Below, piece after piece: positions 10,536 to 20,568 of a DNA stretch of 64,000 nt (the first letter of the stretch is position 1; every line of letters begins with the position of its first letter). Below the pieces are notes generated by a model. It had not been told where the DNA came from. It was given only the letters and a program-made list of their open reading frames with translations, and did no database searches. A program made the position numbers and the translations under genes. Source of the DNA: Bacilli bacterium (GTDB lineage Bacteria > Bacillota > Bacilli > Tumebacillales > Tumebacillaceae); NCBI GenBank assembly GCA_035776695.1, contig DASTWJ010000190.1, positions 9,724-73,723 on the forward strand. The letters run 5' to 3'.

Positions 10536-11729
10536 TTAGATCCCTCCCAACGCGTCGGCGACGCTGTGTACGTCTTTGTCCCCGCGACCGGACAGCGAGA
10601 CGACGATGATATGATCTTGCGGCAAGGTCGGTGCCAACTTGACCGTCTGCGCGATGGCGTGGGACGATTCCAACGCCGGGATGATACCTTCCACGCGAGA
10701 CAGCAGTTGGAACGCATCAAGCGCTTCCGTGTCCGTAATCGGCAGATAAGTCGCCCGCTTGGAGTGCGCGAGATGCGCGTGCTCCGGCCCGATGCCCGGG
10801 TAGTCCAACCCCGCCGAGATCGAATGCGCCGGTTGCACTTGCCCGTACTCATCCTGCAACAGATAGGTCAGCGAGCCGTGAATCACGCCCGGCGTGCCCT
10901 TCGTGATCGTGGCGGCGTGCTGTTCGGTGTCGACGCCTTCGCCTGCCGCTTCCACGCCGATCAATCGTACCGCCTCGTCGTTGAGGAACGGGTAGAAAAT
11001 CCCCATCGCATTCGAGCCGCCGCCGACGCAAGCGATGATCGTATCCGGCAACCGCCCTTCATACGCCAGAATCTGTTCGCGCACTTCGTCGCCGATGATC
11101 CGCTGGAAGTCGCGCACCATCATCGGGTACGGATGCGGGCCGACGACAGAGCCGATGATGTAGAACGTGTCTTCCACATGCTCGACCCAGTGGCGAATCG
11201 CTTCGTTGGTCGCGTCCTTCAAAGTGCGGGTGCCGGACTTCGCCGGAACCACTTCCGCGCCCATCAGCTTCATGCGAAACACGTTTAATTTTTGCCGCTC
11301 CATGTCTTCTTCGCCCATGAAGACGGTGCATTCCAAGCCGAGCAGTGCCGAGACGGTGGCGGTGGCGACGCCGTGCTGTCCGGCACCCGTTTCCGCGATG
11401 ACGCGCTTTTTGCCTGTCATCTTGGCGAGCAGACCTTGGGCGAGGCAGTTGTTGATCTTGTGTGCGCCGGTGTGGTTGAGGTCTTCGCGCTTGAGGTAGA
11501 TCTTCGCGCCGCCGAGCTTTTCGGTCAGGTTCTTCGCGTAGTAGAGCGGCGTTTGGCGACCGGAGTAGACGGTCAGGTAGTAGTCGAGCTGCTTTTGGAA
11601 CTCGGGGTCGTTTTTATAGAAATGGAAGTCTTGCTCCAGTTGTTCCAGTGCGTTCATCAGCGTCTCGGGGACGAATTTGCCGCCGAATTCGCCGAAGCGT
11701 CCGCGGTGGTCCGGGAAGGTGACTGTCAT
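10536..11729 (-). CDS. trpB: Tryptophan synthase beta chain
   Basis: [37 protein letters not shown]. Confidence 0.98.
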   Translation of the reverse strand: MTVTFPDHRGRFGEFGGKFVPETLMNALEQLEQDFHFYKNDPEFQKQLDYYLTVYSGRQTPLYYAKNLTEKLGGAKIYLKREDLNHTGAHKINNCLAQGLLAKMTGKKRVIAETGAGQHGVATATVSALLGLECTVFMGEEDMERQKLNVFRMKLMGAEVVPAKSGTRTLKDATNEAIRHWVEHVEDTFYIIGSVVGPHPYPMMVRDFQRIIGDEVREQILAYEGRLPDTIIACVGGGSNAMGIFYPFLNDEAVRLIGVEAAGEGVDTEQHAATITKGTPGVIHGSLTYLLQDEYGQVQPAHSISAGLDYPGIGPEHAHLAHSKRATYLPITDTEALDAFQLLSRVEGIIPALESSHAIAQTVKLAPTLPQDHIIVVSLSGRGDKDVHSVADALGGI

Positions 11730-12385
11730 TGGGAAGCCCTCACTTTCTGTACAAAAGCTGTGATTTTCGCTGCGTCTTTTGCGCCTTCGGTCTCGACGCC
11801 GGAAGAGACGTCGACACCGAAGGGACGGTGTGCGGCCAGCAGGTCGCCGACGTTGACGGGGTCAAGACCGCCTGCGACAAACAGGGGCAGGTCACCGATG
11901 TAGTCGCGCAGGGTGGGGATCGCGTCCCAGGAGAACTTTTGCCCTGTGCCGCCGCGTGCGTTGTCGAGCAGGATCGCGTCGACAACCTCGCCATATTCCG
12001 TCAATCGGGCGTCGCGTTCGTCTTGGTGTACGCTCCATGCTTTCCAGACTTGTAGGCCGGATCGTTCGCGCAGTTCGCGGCAGGTGGCAGGCGTTTCATC
12101 GCCGTGCAGTTGGAGCACGTCGAGACCGGCGACTTGGGCAATGCGCAGGATTTCGTCGGGCTCTTCGTTGACGAACACGCCGACGAGTTTTGTAGTGAGC
12201 GGCAGGTCGCGGGTTAGGTCGGCGACTTGCTCGGCGGTGACTTGACGCTTGCTTTTGGCGAAGACGAAGCCGATGTAGTCGGCTGGGAGCGCGTTGACGT
12301 GCGAGATATGCTCGCGAGTATTAAGACCGCAGATTTTGATCGCAGTCGTTTGCGCAAGCGGCTCTTTTTCTACCTCGCGACTCAT
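11726..12385 (-). CDS. trpF: Phosphoribosylanthranilate isomerase
   Basis: [30 protein letters not shown]. Confidence 0.95.
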   Translation of the reverse strand: MSREVEKEPLAQTTAIKICGLNTREHISHVNALPADYIGFVFAKSKRQVTAEQVADLTRDLPLTTKLVGVFVNEEPDEILRIAQVAGLDVLQLHGDETPATCRELRERSGLQVWKAWSVHQDERDARLTEYGEVVDAILLDNARGGTGQKFSWDAIPTLRDYIGDLPLFVAGGLDPVNVGDLLAAHRPFGVDVSSGVETEGAKDAAKITAFVQKVRASQ

Positions 12386-13182
12386 CTTACAGCCTCTTCA
12401 TTCACACGCCCTAGCAACTTGTCAATCGCCGGCGTGATCAGCGGGTCTCGCATCAAGGTCTCGCCAACCAAAATCGCTCCGGCCCCAGCCGCCTTCACCT
12501 CGCGGACATCCTCGTGTGTCGCGATGCCGCTTTCGCTCACCAAAAGCGCCTCCGCCGGAACGCCTTGCGCCAGACGTGCGGTGTTGCCGAGATCGACGGT
12601 GAACGTCCGCAGGTCGCGGTTGTTCACACCGAGGAGAAGCGGCTTGGCTTCCAACGCCCGCGCCAGCTCCTGCTCGTCATGCACCTCGACCAACACATCC
12701 AACCCCAGTTCCTCTGCCAATTCGCTATATTCCTTCATCTGCTCCGTCGACAGGATCGCGGCGATCAACAAAATGCAGTCCGCGCCGATCTGACGGGCTT
12801 CGTAGATTTGCTTGCCATCGATGATAAAATCCTTGCGCAACAGGGGCAGCTCCACCGCTTGCCGAATCTGACGCAGGTACTCTTTTTCCCCTTGAAAAAA
12901 GTTCGTGTCCGTCAGCACCGACAGGCAATTCGCCCCCGCCGCCTCGTAGGTCTTGGCGATCCGCACCGGGTCGAAGTCGGCGCGGATGATGCCCTTCGAC
13001 GGCGACGCTTTTTTCACTTCGGCGATCAGGCCGATGAAGTCGGTCGTCTCGCGCAACGCGTTGGCAAAAGCTCGCGTGGGCGGGAGTTTGGCGATCTCCT
13101 CCCGCACCTGCCCGAGATCGAACGTGCGGGCCAGTTGCGCCACCTCTTCGCGTTTGACATCCACAATGCGGTCGAGAATCAT
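12382..13182 (-). CDS. trpC: Indole-3-glycerol phosphate synthase
   Basis: IAEVKKASPSKG, LSVLTD, LRKDFI, GVNNRDL, VSESGI. Confidence 0.97.
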   Translation of the reverse strand: MILDRIVDVKREEVAQLARTFDLGQVREEIAKLPPTRAFANALRETTDFIGLIAEVKKASPSKGIIRADFDPVRIAKTYEAAGANCLSVLTDTNFFQGEKEYLRQIRQAVELPLLRKDFIIDGKQIYEARQIGADCILLIAAILSTEQMKEYSELAEELGLDVLVEVHDEQELARALEAKPLLLGVNNRDLRTFTVDLGNTARLAQGVPAEALLVSESGIATHEDVREVKAAGAGAILVGETLMRDPLITPAIDKLLGRVNEEAVR

Positions 13183-14219
13183 TACGCCAACTCCTTCGTT
13201 ACGGCAAATCGCTGTGTCGCATCCACCAATTTTTCCAACACGTGCAAAGCGCGTCCGCTGTCCAGCGACTGCTGCGCCAGCGCGACGCCCGCTCGGAGCG
13301 TCGGCACTTGGCCGGCCACATACAGCGTCGCCGCCGCGTTGATCACGACGATGTCGCGCGCCCCGCCCTGCTTGCCTTCCAGCACGCTCAAGGCGATCTC
13401 CGCGTTCACCCGTGCGTCGCCGCCTTTGATCGCATCCAACGGGTGCAGCTCCAAGCCGACCTCTTCCGGCGACAGGGTGAAGACCCGCTCGACATGCCCG
13501 TTTTTCACTTCCGCGATCTTCGTGTTGGCGGTGACGGTGATCTCATCCAAGCCGTCCTCGCCATGCACGACCAACGCGTGCTCGGTGCCGAGGTTCGCCA
13601 AGGCGGCCGCCATCTTCTCCACGAGGTCACCGCTGTACGTGCCGATCACCTGTCGTTTCGTGCCTGCCGGGTTGGTCAGCGGCCCCAAGATGTTGAACAC
13701 GGTGCGAAACCCGAGCTCGCGACGCGGGCCGACGGCGTGCTTCATCGCTTGGTGGTACAACGGAGCGAACAGGAAGCAGATCCCCGCCTGTTCCAAGCAG
13801 ACCGCCGCTTCATCCGCCGTCAGATCGACGTTGACGCCGAGCGCTTGCAGCACGTCGGCGCTGCCGGACTTGGAGGACACGCTGCGATTGCCGTGCTTGG
13901 CGATCGCCACCCCCGCCCCCGCCGCGACAAAAGACGCCGTGGTCGAGATGTTAAACGTATCCATGCCGTCACCTCCCGTCCCGCAGGTGTCGACCAACCC
14001 TTGCAACTTCGAAGCGACAGGCGTGGCGACATTCCGCATCGCCCGTGCAAACCCGGTGATCTCCTCCACCGTCTCGCCGCGCATCCGCAAAGCGGTCAAC
14101 AGCGACGCCGTCTGTGCGTCTGTCGATTCGCCCCCCATGATCTTGCTCATCACCGCTTCCGCTTGGACGGCGTTTAGCACGCCTCCTTCGATCACCGTTC
14201 GCAATGCTTCTCGTACCAT
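13182..14219 (-). CDS. trpD: Anthranilate phosphoribosyltransferase
   Basis: DTCGTGGDG..TFNIST, KHGNRSVSSKSGSAD, FNILGPLTNP; ATG 14219 fits the SD spacing best (GTG 14225 is an alternative). Confidence 0.96.
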   Translation of the reverse strand: MVREALRTVIEGGVLNAVQAEAVMSKIMGGESTDAQTASLLTALRMRGETVEEITGFARAMRNVATPVASKLQGLVDTCGTGGDGMDTFNISTTASFVAAGAGVAIAKHGNRSVSSKSGSADVLQALGVNVDLTADEAAVCLEQAGICFLFAPLYHQAMKHAVGPRRELGFRTVFNILGPLTNPAGTKRQVIGTYSGDLVEKMAAALANLGTEHALVVHGEDGLDEITVTANTKIAEVKNGHVERVFTLSPEEVGLELHPLDAIKGGDARVNAEIALSVLEGKQGGARDIVVINAAATLYVAGQVPTLRAGVALAQQSLDSGRALHVLEKLVDATQRFAVTKELA

Positions 14220-14264
14220 CTCCACTCGCTCCTCTCACTCAGCTCACTTCGTCTTCATGCAAAT

Positions 14265-14294
14265 AAAAAAGGCCGGAGCTCAGACGCTCCGACC
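14265..14294 (-). terminator. trp leader attenuator terminator
   Basis: GGTCGGAGC-gtctga-GCTCCGGCC-TTTTTT on minus strand, about 45 nt upstream of trpD. Confidence 0.85.
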
Positions 14295-14339
14295 ATCGGT
14301 TCCAGAGAAAATTCGCACAAGTGGCTAAAAATGGGCAGT

Positions 14340-14505
14340 ATCCTCCCACTTCGCCGTCCCTGCTTTCTCTGCTCGACTGCTCTCGCTCGTCTCAACTGTT
14401 CTCTTCTAGGCTCTGCTCTCAGGTTGTGCTCTTGCTTACTACTATTGCGCTCAAATCTCACTCATAACAAACGCTCTCAAAAATACGTCTTGCTCTCAGC
14501 TACTT
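14340..14505 (-). promoter_or_regulatory. TRAP-binding (G/U)AG repeat array in the trp leader
   Basis: About 19 GAG/TAG triplets counted by hand; core GAG-cc-TAG-aa-GAG-aa-CAG-tt-GAG-ac-GAG-c-GAG-ag-CAG-tc-GAG-ca-GAG; mtrB present in window. Confidence 0.85.
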
Positions 14506-14546
14506 GCATTTCAAACAAACTTACGATTCTTACCTAACTTATTAAA

Positions 14547-14575
14547 ATCATACGTGTTTTGTGCCAATTCGTCAA
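14547..14575 (-). promoter_or_regulatory. sigma-A promoter of the trp operon
   Basis: TTGACG-N17-TATGAT; -35 overlaps the aroH stop codon. Confidence 0.8.
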
Positions 14576-14961
14576 CCCTCAATTTGCCGGGAAGCTTGCA
14601 GATCGGGACGCAGTTGTCCCGCTTGGCGTAGGTAGATATGGCGGATCTGCCGCTGTTCTTTGTTCGTGTTGACATGCAGCAGCAAGCGAATGCACCGCGG
14701 CAACCCGCCGTCCAGCGGCATCTCCAACGCACACATCAACGGCACGAGATCCCAGCCCTCCAGTTGGCGAATCGTCGTCGCCGGGTTGGCCGCCGTCAAA
14801 TCGGAAGTGACGGTGATCCAGCAGCTGGCGACATCCTGCGGGTTCACCTCGTTTTCACGCACCATGTGCCTTAGTAGTTCTTCCGTTGCTTGGCGAATCG
14901 CGGCCTCTTGGTTGCGTTCCACGGTGATCGCGCCGCGAATTCCGCGCACTTCGGTGCTCAA
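14572..14961 (-). CDS. aroH: Chorismate mutase, AroH class
   Basis: VRGIRGAITV, T.DL.A..PA, PLMCALEM, LPRCIRLL; TTG 14961 with GAGGAG RBS. Confidence 0.93.
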   Translation of the reverse strand: MSTEVRGIRGAITVERNQEAAIRQATEELLRHMVRENEVNPQDVASCWITVTSDLTAANPATTIRQLEGWDLVPLMCALEMPLDGGLPRCIRLLLHVNTNKEQRQIRHIYLRQAGQLRPDLQASRQIEG

Positions 14962-14966
14962 AAACC

Positions 14967-16067
14967 TCACTCCTCTCTCCACTTGTCGATCATCCGGCGC
15001 ACGGCCGCTTCCGGCACGTCATGGACGATCTCCGTCTCGCCGATGTCTCGCAACAGGACAAACGTCAAGGTCGCCCCTGTCGCTTTCTTGTCTTTGCGCA
15101 TCGAGACGAGCAAGTCTTTCGCACCGAGATCCTGCGGAATGCGGGTCGGCAGTCCTGCTTTGATCAGCACGCGCTCCGTGTCGGCGACGAGGTCGGATCG
15201 CTCGCAGTAGCCCAACTCCACGGACAGGTCGGCCGCCGCCACCAGCCCGATCGCCACCGCTTCGCCGTGTACGAAACGCCCATTCGCCAAGCCTTCTACG
15301 GCATGGCCCAGCGTGTGCCCGAAGTTCAAGATCGCACGCAACCCGAGCTCTTTCTCATCCTGCGAGACCACTTCGGCTTTGATCCGGCAAGACCGCGCCA
15401 ACAGCTCGGCCACCACCGCATCCTCACCGCTCAGAATCACATCCATTTTTTCCTCAATCCAGTCAAAAAGATCACGGTCGCGAATCAGCCCGTGCTTGAT
15501 CGCCTCGACCAACCCCGCCCGCCGTTCTCGCAGCGGCAACGTCTTCAACGCCTCCGTGTCATAGAGCACGGCCAACGGCTGATGGAACGCGCCGACGATG
15601 TTTTTCGCTTGCGGCAGGTTGACCGCCACTTTGCCGCCGACGGCGCTGTCGTGTGCCAACAAGGTCGTCGGCAACTGCACAAAGTCGATGCCACGCATAT
15701 AACCCGCCGCCACAAAGCCGGCAAAATCACCGACCACGCCGCCGCCGAGCGCCAGCACCACCGAGCGGCGATCCAACCCGATCTCATACGCGTATTGAAA
15801 AGCCGCACCGGCGCGTTCCAGCGACTTCGACGCCTCGCCCGGGGGGATCACATAGACGTCCGCCTGATAGCCGGCGCTCTGCAACGAAGCCAAAACCGGC
15901 TCCAGATGACCCGCCGCACGGACGTTCTCATCGGTGATCACCAGATGGCGCGACGTTTGTCTCACCTTCAATTCTTGCAAAAACTCCCCCGTTCGTGGCA
16001 ACAAACGGGGGCCGATCACAATCTCATACGTGCGATTCGGTGTGGTGACTCGTTCTCGTATCATCAT
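14967..16067 (-). CDS. aroB: 3-dehydroquinate synthase
   Basis: GGGVVGD, PTTLLAHDSAVGGKVAVN, LNFGHTLGHAVE, HGEAVAIG. Confidence 0.96.
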   Translation of the reverse strand: MMIRERVTTPNRTYEIVIGPRLLPRTGEFLQELKVRQTSRHLVITDENVRAAGHLEPVLASLQSAGYQADVYVIPPGEASKSLERAGAAFQYAYEIGLDRRSVVLALGGGVVGDFAGFVAAGYMRGIDFVQLPTTLLAHDSAVGGKVAVNLPQAKNIVGAFHQPLAVLYDTEALKTLPLRERRAGLVEAIKHGLIRDRDLFDWIEEKMDVILSGEDAVVAELLARSCRIKAEVVSQDEKELGLRAILNFGHTLGHAVEGLANGRFVHGEAVAIGLVAAADLSVELGYCERSDLVADTERVLIKAGLPTRIPQDLGAKDLLVSMRKDKKATGATLTFVLLRDIGETEIVHDVPEAAVRRMIDKWREE

Positions 16068-16085
16068 CTGTCCGCTCAATCCGTT

Positions 16086-17243
16086 CTATCGATCGCTGAT
16101 CGTTTGCTTGTAGTGGGCGAAGTTGGCTTGGATCTCTTCCAGCGAGTCGCCGCCGAACTTCTCCAGAAACGCTTGAGCGATCGTCCAAGCGACCATCGCC
16201 TCCCCGACCACCGACGCGGCGGGCACGGCACAGACGTCCGAGCGCTCGATCGTGGCGCGGTACGCTTCCTTGGTTTGCATGTCCACCGACTCCAACGGCT
16301 TGTACAGCGTGGGGATCGGTTTCATCGCCGCGCGGACGATCACCGGCTGCCCGTTGGTGATGCCGCCTTCGATGCCGCCCGCTCCATTGGTGCGGCGGTA
16401 GTATTCGCCTTGACGGTACCCGATCTCGTCATGCACCTGTGAGCCGGGGATGCGCGCCGCTTCGAACCCGAGGCCGACTTCGACGCCCTTGATCGCTTGG
16501 ATGCTCATCAGGGATTGTGCCAGTCGCCCGTCCAAGCGGCGATCCGGCATCGAGAACGACCCGAGGCCGACCGGCACACCGGTGACGATGATCTCAAAGA
16601 TCCCGCCCAGCGTATCCCCTGCCGCCTTCGCTTCGGTGATCGCGTCGATGATCTTCTTCTCCGCTTCCGGGTCGGCGACGCGCACTTCCGACCGCTCCGC
16701 CCGTTCGGCGATCTCCGGAATCGTGCCTTCCAAGCGGTCGACTTTGATCGGGCCGAGTTCGACGACGTGCCCGAACACCTCGATCCCGAACTGGCTCAAC
16801 AGTTGGCGGGCGATCGAGCCGACCGCCACCATCGTCGCCGTGTTGCGCGCACTCGCCCGTTCCAAGACGTTGCGTATGTCGCGGTGATTGTATTTCAAGG
16901 CGCCTGCGAGGTCGGCATGGCCCGGTCGCGGCTTGTGAATCTCCACGACCGAATCGGGGGCCTCCCCTTCGATCGCCATCTTCTCCGACCAATTGCGCCA
17001 ATCCTTGTTGTGAATCAGCAACGCGACCGGCGTGCCCAGCGTCTTGCCAAAGCGAATGCCGCTCATCACGTCGATTTTGTCCGATTCGATCTTCATCCGC
17101 CCGCCGCGGCCATACCCTTGCTGACGGCGCCAAAGCTGATGGTTCACCTCATCCAACTTGACCGGCAAGTTGCTCGGCAGTCCCTCGATGATCGCCGTCA
17201 ACGCCGGCCCGTGGGACTCGCCCCCTGTCAAATACCTCAACAT
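16086..17243 (-). CDS. aroC: Chorismate synthase
   Basis: GESHGPAL, RRQQGYGRG.RM, PRPGHAD, ERASAR, KPIPTL, RSD.C.VP. Confidence 0.97.
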   Translation of the reverse strand: MLRYLTGGESHGPALTAIIEGLPSNLPVKLDEVNHQLWRRQQGYGRGGRMKIESDKIDVMSGIRFGKTLGTPVALLIHNKDWRNWSEKMAIEGEAPDSVVEIHKPRPGHADLAGALKYNHRDIRNVLERASARNTATMVAVGSIARQLLSQFGIEVFGHVVELGPIKVDRLEGTIPEIAERAERSEVRVADPEAEKKIIDAITEAKAAGDTLGGIFEIIVTGVPVGLGSFSMPDRRLDGRLAQSLMSIQAIKGVEVGLGFEAARIPGSQVHDEIGYRQGEYYRRTNGAGGIEGGITNGQPVIVRAAMKPIPTLYKPLESVDMQTKEAYRATIERSDVCAVPAASVVGEAMVAWTIAQAFLEKFGGDSLEEIQANFAHYKQTISDR

Positions 17244-17305
17244 TCTCCGCTCATCTCCTCTCAGACTGTTGCGCTTTAACGTGCTGTCGATTCTTATCAA
17301 ATTCC

Positions 17306-17335
17306 ATTATATAGTACAGGCGTAGGGAATGACAA
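17306..17335 (-). promoter_or_regulatory. sigma-A promoter upstream of aroC
   Basis: TTGTCA-N18-TATAAT. Confidence 0.65.
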
Positions 17336-17349
17336 CCAAACCCGCCCAT

Positions 17350-17381
17350 AAAAAGACGCTCTGTACGGAACCAGAGCGCCT
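17350..17381 (-). terminator. Terminator of the M42 operon
   Basis: AGGCGCTCTG/CAGAGCGTCT stem plus T tract on minus strand. Confidence 0.65.
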
Positions 17382-17387
17382 TGCCGA

Positions 17388-18386
17388 TTACAGGTTGTAC
17401 TGTTGCAGAGCGAGTACGGTCAGTTGCACCGCCGCTTCCACGTCGCGCAGATCGACCATCTCGGAACCGGTCACGGTGTAGCGCAGCGGCAGCGACAGGC
17501 CACCGGTCGGGATGCCATCGCGGGTGATCAGCATCGCCCCTGCGTCCGAAGTGCCGTCCGGGTAGACTTCCAACTGGTACGCGATGCCCGCTTTCTCGGC
17601 CTGATCGACGAGGAAGTTCTTGATCGGCGGCGGGACGATCACGTTGCGGTCGAGCACTTTCACCGCAACGCCCTTGCCCAAGCCGACCTCGATGCGCTTC
17701 GCACCCGGGTAGTCGCCTGCACGCACGCCGTCGAGCACCAGACCGAAGTCCGGCTCCAACGCGAACGCCGCCGGTTTCACACCGCGCGAGCCGACGCCAT
17801 GTTGGGTCGTGAACACGACGGTCACGTCATGCTCTTGGTCTTTCAAGCGCTTGAGCGCTTCCACCGCCACCGCGCAGCCGACGCGGTTGTCGAGCGCTTT
17901 GCCGACCAACTTGTCGTTGTCCAGTTCGACGACCGGTTGGAGCAGCGTACACATATCGCCTACGCGCACTTTTTCCAACGCTTCCGCTTCGGAAGTAGCC
18001 GCGATGTCGAGGAACAACCCCATGAACGTCACGTCGCCCGCGTCGTTCACGTGGTGGGTACCGACCACGCCGACGGTACCGTTCGGGAACTGCACGCGCT
18101 GGCCGACGAGGTAAGCCGCTTCGAGGTTGCCGACCTGTGCCACTCGCAGATAGCCGTTGCCTTCGATGTGGGTGACGAGCAGACCCGGTTCGTCGATGTG
18201 TGCGACGAGCATCAGGTGCTTGCGGTCAGTGCCTTTGCCCTTTTTTGTGACGATGACGTTGCCGAGCACGTCTTCGTTGATCTCGTCCGCGTAGGAGGCG
18301 ACAGCGTCGCGAATCAGGTCGCGGACATTGTTTTCATGGCCGGACGGGCCGCACGCTTCCGACAGTCGCTTGATCAGTTCTTTCAT
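17388..18386 (-). CDS. M42 family peptidase homolog, predicted non-catalytic subunit
   Basis: AHIDE and LDNR retained; QEE replaced by QHG; RYxH replaced by RYTV. Confidence 0.85.
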   Translation of the reverse strand: MKELIKRLSEACGPSGHENNVRDLIRDAVASYADEINEDVLGNVIVTKKGKGTDRKHLMLVAHIDEPGLLVTHIEGNGYLRVAQVGNLEAAYLVGQRVQFPNGTVGVVGTHHVNDAGDVTFMGLFLDIAATSEAEALEKVRVGDMCTLLQPVVELDNDKLVGKALDNRVGCAVAVEALKRLKDQEHDVTVVFTTQHGVGSRGVKPAAFALEPDFGLVLDGVRAGDYPGAKRIEVGLGKGVAVKVLDRNVIVPPPIKNFLVDQAEKAGIAYQLEVYPDGTSDAGAMLITRDGIPTGGLSLPLRYTVTGSEMVDLRDVEAAVQLTVLALQQYNL

Positions 18387-19408
18387 TGCCCGAGTCCTCC
18401 TTGTTCCACGCTGCGCAAAAACTGCTCCACGAGCGCGATGGTGTTTTCATAATCGTCCAGCGAGATCAGTTGGGCCGGCGCATGGATGTAGCGCGTCGGC
18501 ACGGAGATCACACCGCTGAGAACGCCGGCGCGGGAGATGTGAATCCGACCGGCATCGTTGCCGCCCGCCACCGTCTTGCGGTATTGATAAGGCAGGTTGT
18601 TCGCTTCCGCCACCTGCACCATATGGTCTAAGAATTTGCGGTTGTGAATCGAAGACGAATCGACCACGGACAGCGCCGGGCCGTTGCCTTGGATCGTCGC
18701 TTTGCCATGTCCCGGCGAACCGGGGAAGTCGGCCGCCAGCGTGCCTTCCAGCACCAAGGAGATGTCCGGCTGCACCCGAAATGCCGCCGGTCCCGCCCCG
18801 CGCAGGCCGATCTCCTCCTGCACGGCAAATACATAGACAGTCGGGACGTCGAAGTTTTTCTTCAGCGTTTCGACCATCACGGCACAGCCGATCCGGTCGT
18901 CGAACGACTTGGACTTCGCTTTGCGCTCGCCGATCTCTTCGTACTGCGTCGCAAAAATCGCCACATCGCCCGGCTCGACCAGCGTCATCGCCTCTTCGCG
19001 AGAGGACGCGCCGATGTCGATGCGCAAGCTGTTAAGCCCCACCGGCTGGCGGCGTTCTTCGGGCGACTGGTGATGAATCGGCTTCGAACCGATCACGCCT
19101 GGGATCTTGCTATCGCCGATCAAGACCGGTTGCGAATTCAGAATCTTGTTGTCGATGCCGCCGATGTGGGCGAACTGGAGCAAGCCGTTCGGCTCGATAT
19201 GCGTGATCATCAGGCTCACTTCGTCCATGTGGGCGCAGAGCATCACTTTCGGACCCGGACGGGTGCCGTCCTTTTCCGCGATCAGATTGCCCAGCGCATC
19301 GGTGTAGACGCGGTCGACATGGTCGCGGATCTCTTCGTAGATCACTTGGCGAATCTCTTCTTCAAACCCGGACGGGCCCATCGCTTCGGTCAGTCTTTTA
19401 AGAAGCAT
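18383..19408 (-). CDS. M42 family aminopeptidase
   Basis: AHMDE, FDDRIG, VQEEIG, RYIH. Confidence 0.92.
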   Translation of the reverse strand: MLLKRLTEAMGPSGFEEEIRQVIYEEIRDHVDRVYTDALGNLIAEKDGTRPGPKVMLCAHMDEVSLMITHIEPNGLLQFAHIGGIDNKILNSQPVLIGDSKIPGVIGSKPIHHQSPEERRQPVGLNSLRIDIGASSREEAMTLVEPGDVAIFATQYEEIGERKAKSKSFDDRIGCAVMVETLKKNFDVPTVYVFAVQEEIGLRGAGPAAFRVQPDISLVLEGTLAADFPGSPGHGKATIQGNGPALSVVDSSSIHNRKFLDHMVQVAEANNLPYQYRKTVAGGNDAGRIHISRAGVLSGVISVPTRYIHAPAQLISLDDYENTIALVEQFLRSVEQGGLGQ

Positions 19409-20466
19409 GTCAATCCCTCCACGTACGCCCGATCAACTCCGGCGATAGTATGGGCCAGCAGCTGGCCTGTGCGCTCGATGTCACGGTAGCAGACCGTTTC
19501 GACCGAGGTGTGCATGTAGCGCACCGGAATCGAGACCAGCCCCGTCGGGTACCCTGCACCGGTCAACTGCATCGAGTCGACGTCCGTACCCGATTCGCGC
19601 TGTCCCAACTCCTTCTGCACCGGCATGTTCAGCCGCTTGGCCACGTCGAACATCGAACGCGCCACTTTCAAGGAGATGTTCGGCCCCCAGAAGATGCACG
19701 GCCCGCCGTCCAGCGGGAAGCTCGCATCGTCCGGTGCGCCCGGCATGTCGCCAAACGTCACGTCGATGGCGATGCCGATGTCCGGTTCGATCCCAAACAT
19801 CGACGTCCACGCTCCCAAGCGTCCTCGCTCCTCCTGCACCGTGCCGACGACGATCACGTCCGCTTGATGATGCAAACGCTTCAGCTCCTGCAAGCACTCC
19901 AGCGTCGCCGTCATGCTCGCCCGGTTGTCGAGCGATTTGCCGGAGATGCGGTCAAACGGCAGCTCTAGCGGCGTGCGACGGATCGTGACGAGGTCGCCGA
20001 CGCGCACCTTTTCCCGCACGCGCTCTTCCGGCATCGCCAAATCGATAAACATATCCTCGAGCGGCGCCGACTTGCCACGCTCGCTCGGCGACGTCAGGTG
20101 CGGCGGCATCGAGCCGAAGATCCCGACATAATCGCCGTCGCGGCCGTGTACGACCACCTCTTGCGCCATCTGGGTACGCGGATCGACACCACCCACGGCG
20201 GTCACGCGCAGAAAGCCCTGCGCTTCGATCTTGGTCACCATCAGACCGATCTCGTCCATATGCGCCGCCAACATCACTTTCGGACGCGGTTCGGGGCCTT
20301 CGCCCTTGACGGTGGCGATCAGGTTGCCGAGCTTGTCCACGCGAATGTCATCGGTAAAATAAGACAAAGCTTTGCGAAAACGAGCCGTGATGTTGCCTTC
20401 ATACCCGGAAACACCCCAGTCGGTCAGCAACTCCAGCAGCGTTTCGCGGATGTTCAAGTCGCTCAT
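19390..20466 (-). CDS. M42 family aminopeptidase
   Basis: AHMDE, LDNRA, VQEE.G, IDVT, RYMH. Confidence 0.92.
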   Translation of the reverse strand: MSDLNIRETLLELLTDWGVSGYEGNITARFRKALSYFTDDIRVDKLGNLIATVKGEGPEPRPKVMLAAHMDEIGLMVTKIEAQGFLRVTAVGGVDPRTQMAQEVVVHGRDGDYVGIFGSMPPHLTSPSERGKSAPLEDMFIDLAMPEERVREKVRVGDLVTIRRTPLELPFDRISGKSLDNRASMTATLECLQELKRLHHQADVIVVGTVQEERGRLGAWTSMFGIEPDIGIAIDVTFGDMPGAPDDASFPLDGGPCIFWGPNISLKVARSMFDVAKRLNMPVQKELGQRESGTDVDSMQLTGAGYPTGLVSIPVRYMHTSVETVCYRDIERTGQLLAHTIAGVDRAYVEGLTCFLKD

Positions 20467-20568
20467 GAGTTCATCCCCTTTCGGTAAAGAAAAAGAACGG
20501 TCAAGGCCCGAAAGGCCAGCCGTTCCACCACTCGTATGTATGTTCTCTCGGTGCCCAAGCGGCGGCGA

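Noticed and set aside
14255-14461. 68-aa ORF in the trp leader as a possible leader peptide
   Set aside because: Contains no Trp codons; its R/E/Q-rich content is a by-product of the GAG repeats, and TRAP explains the leader
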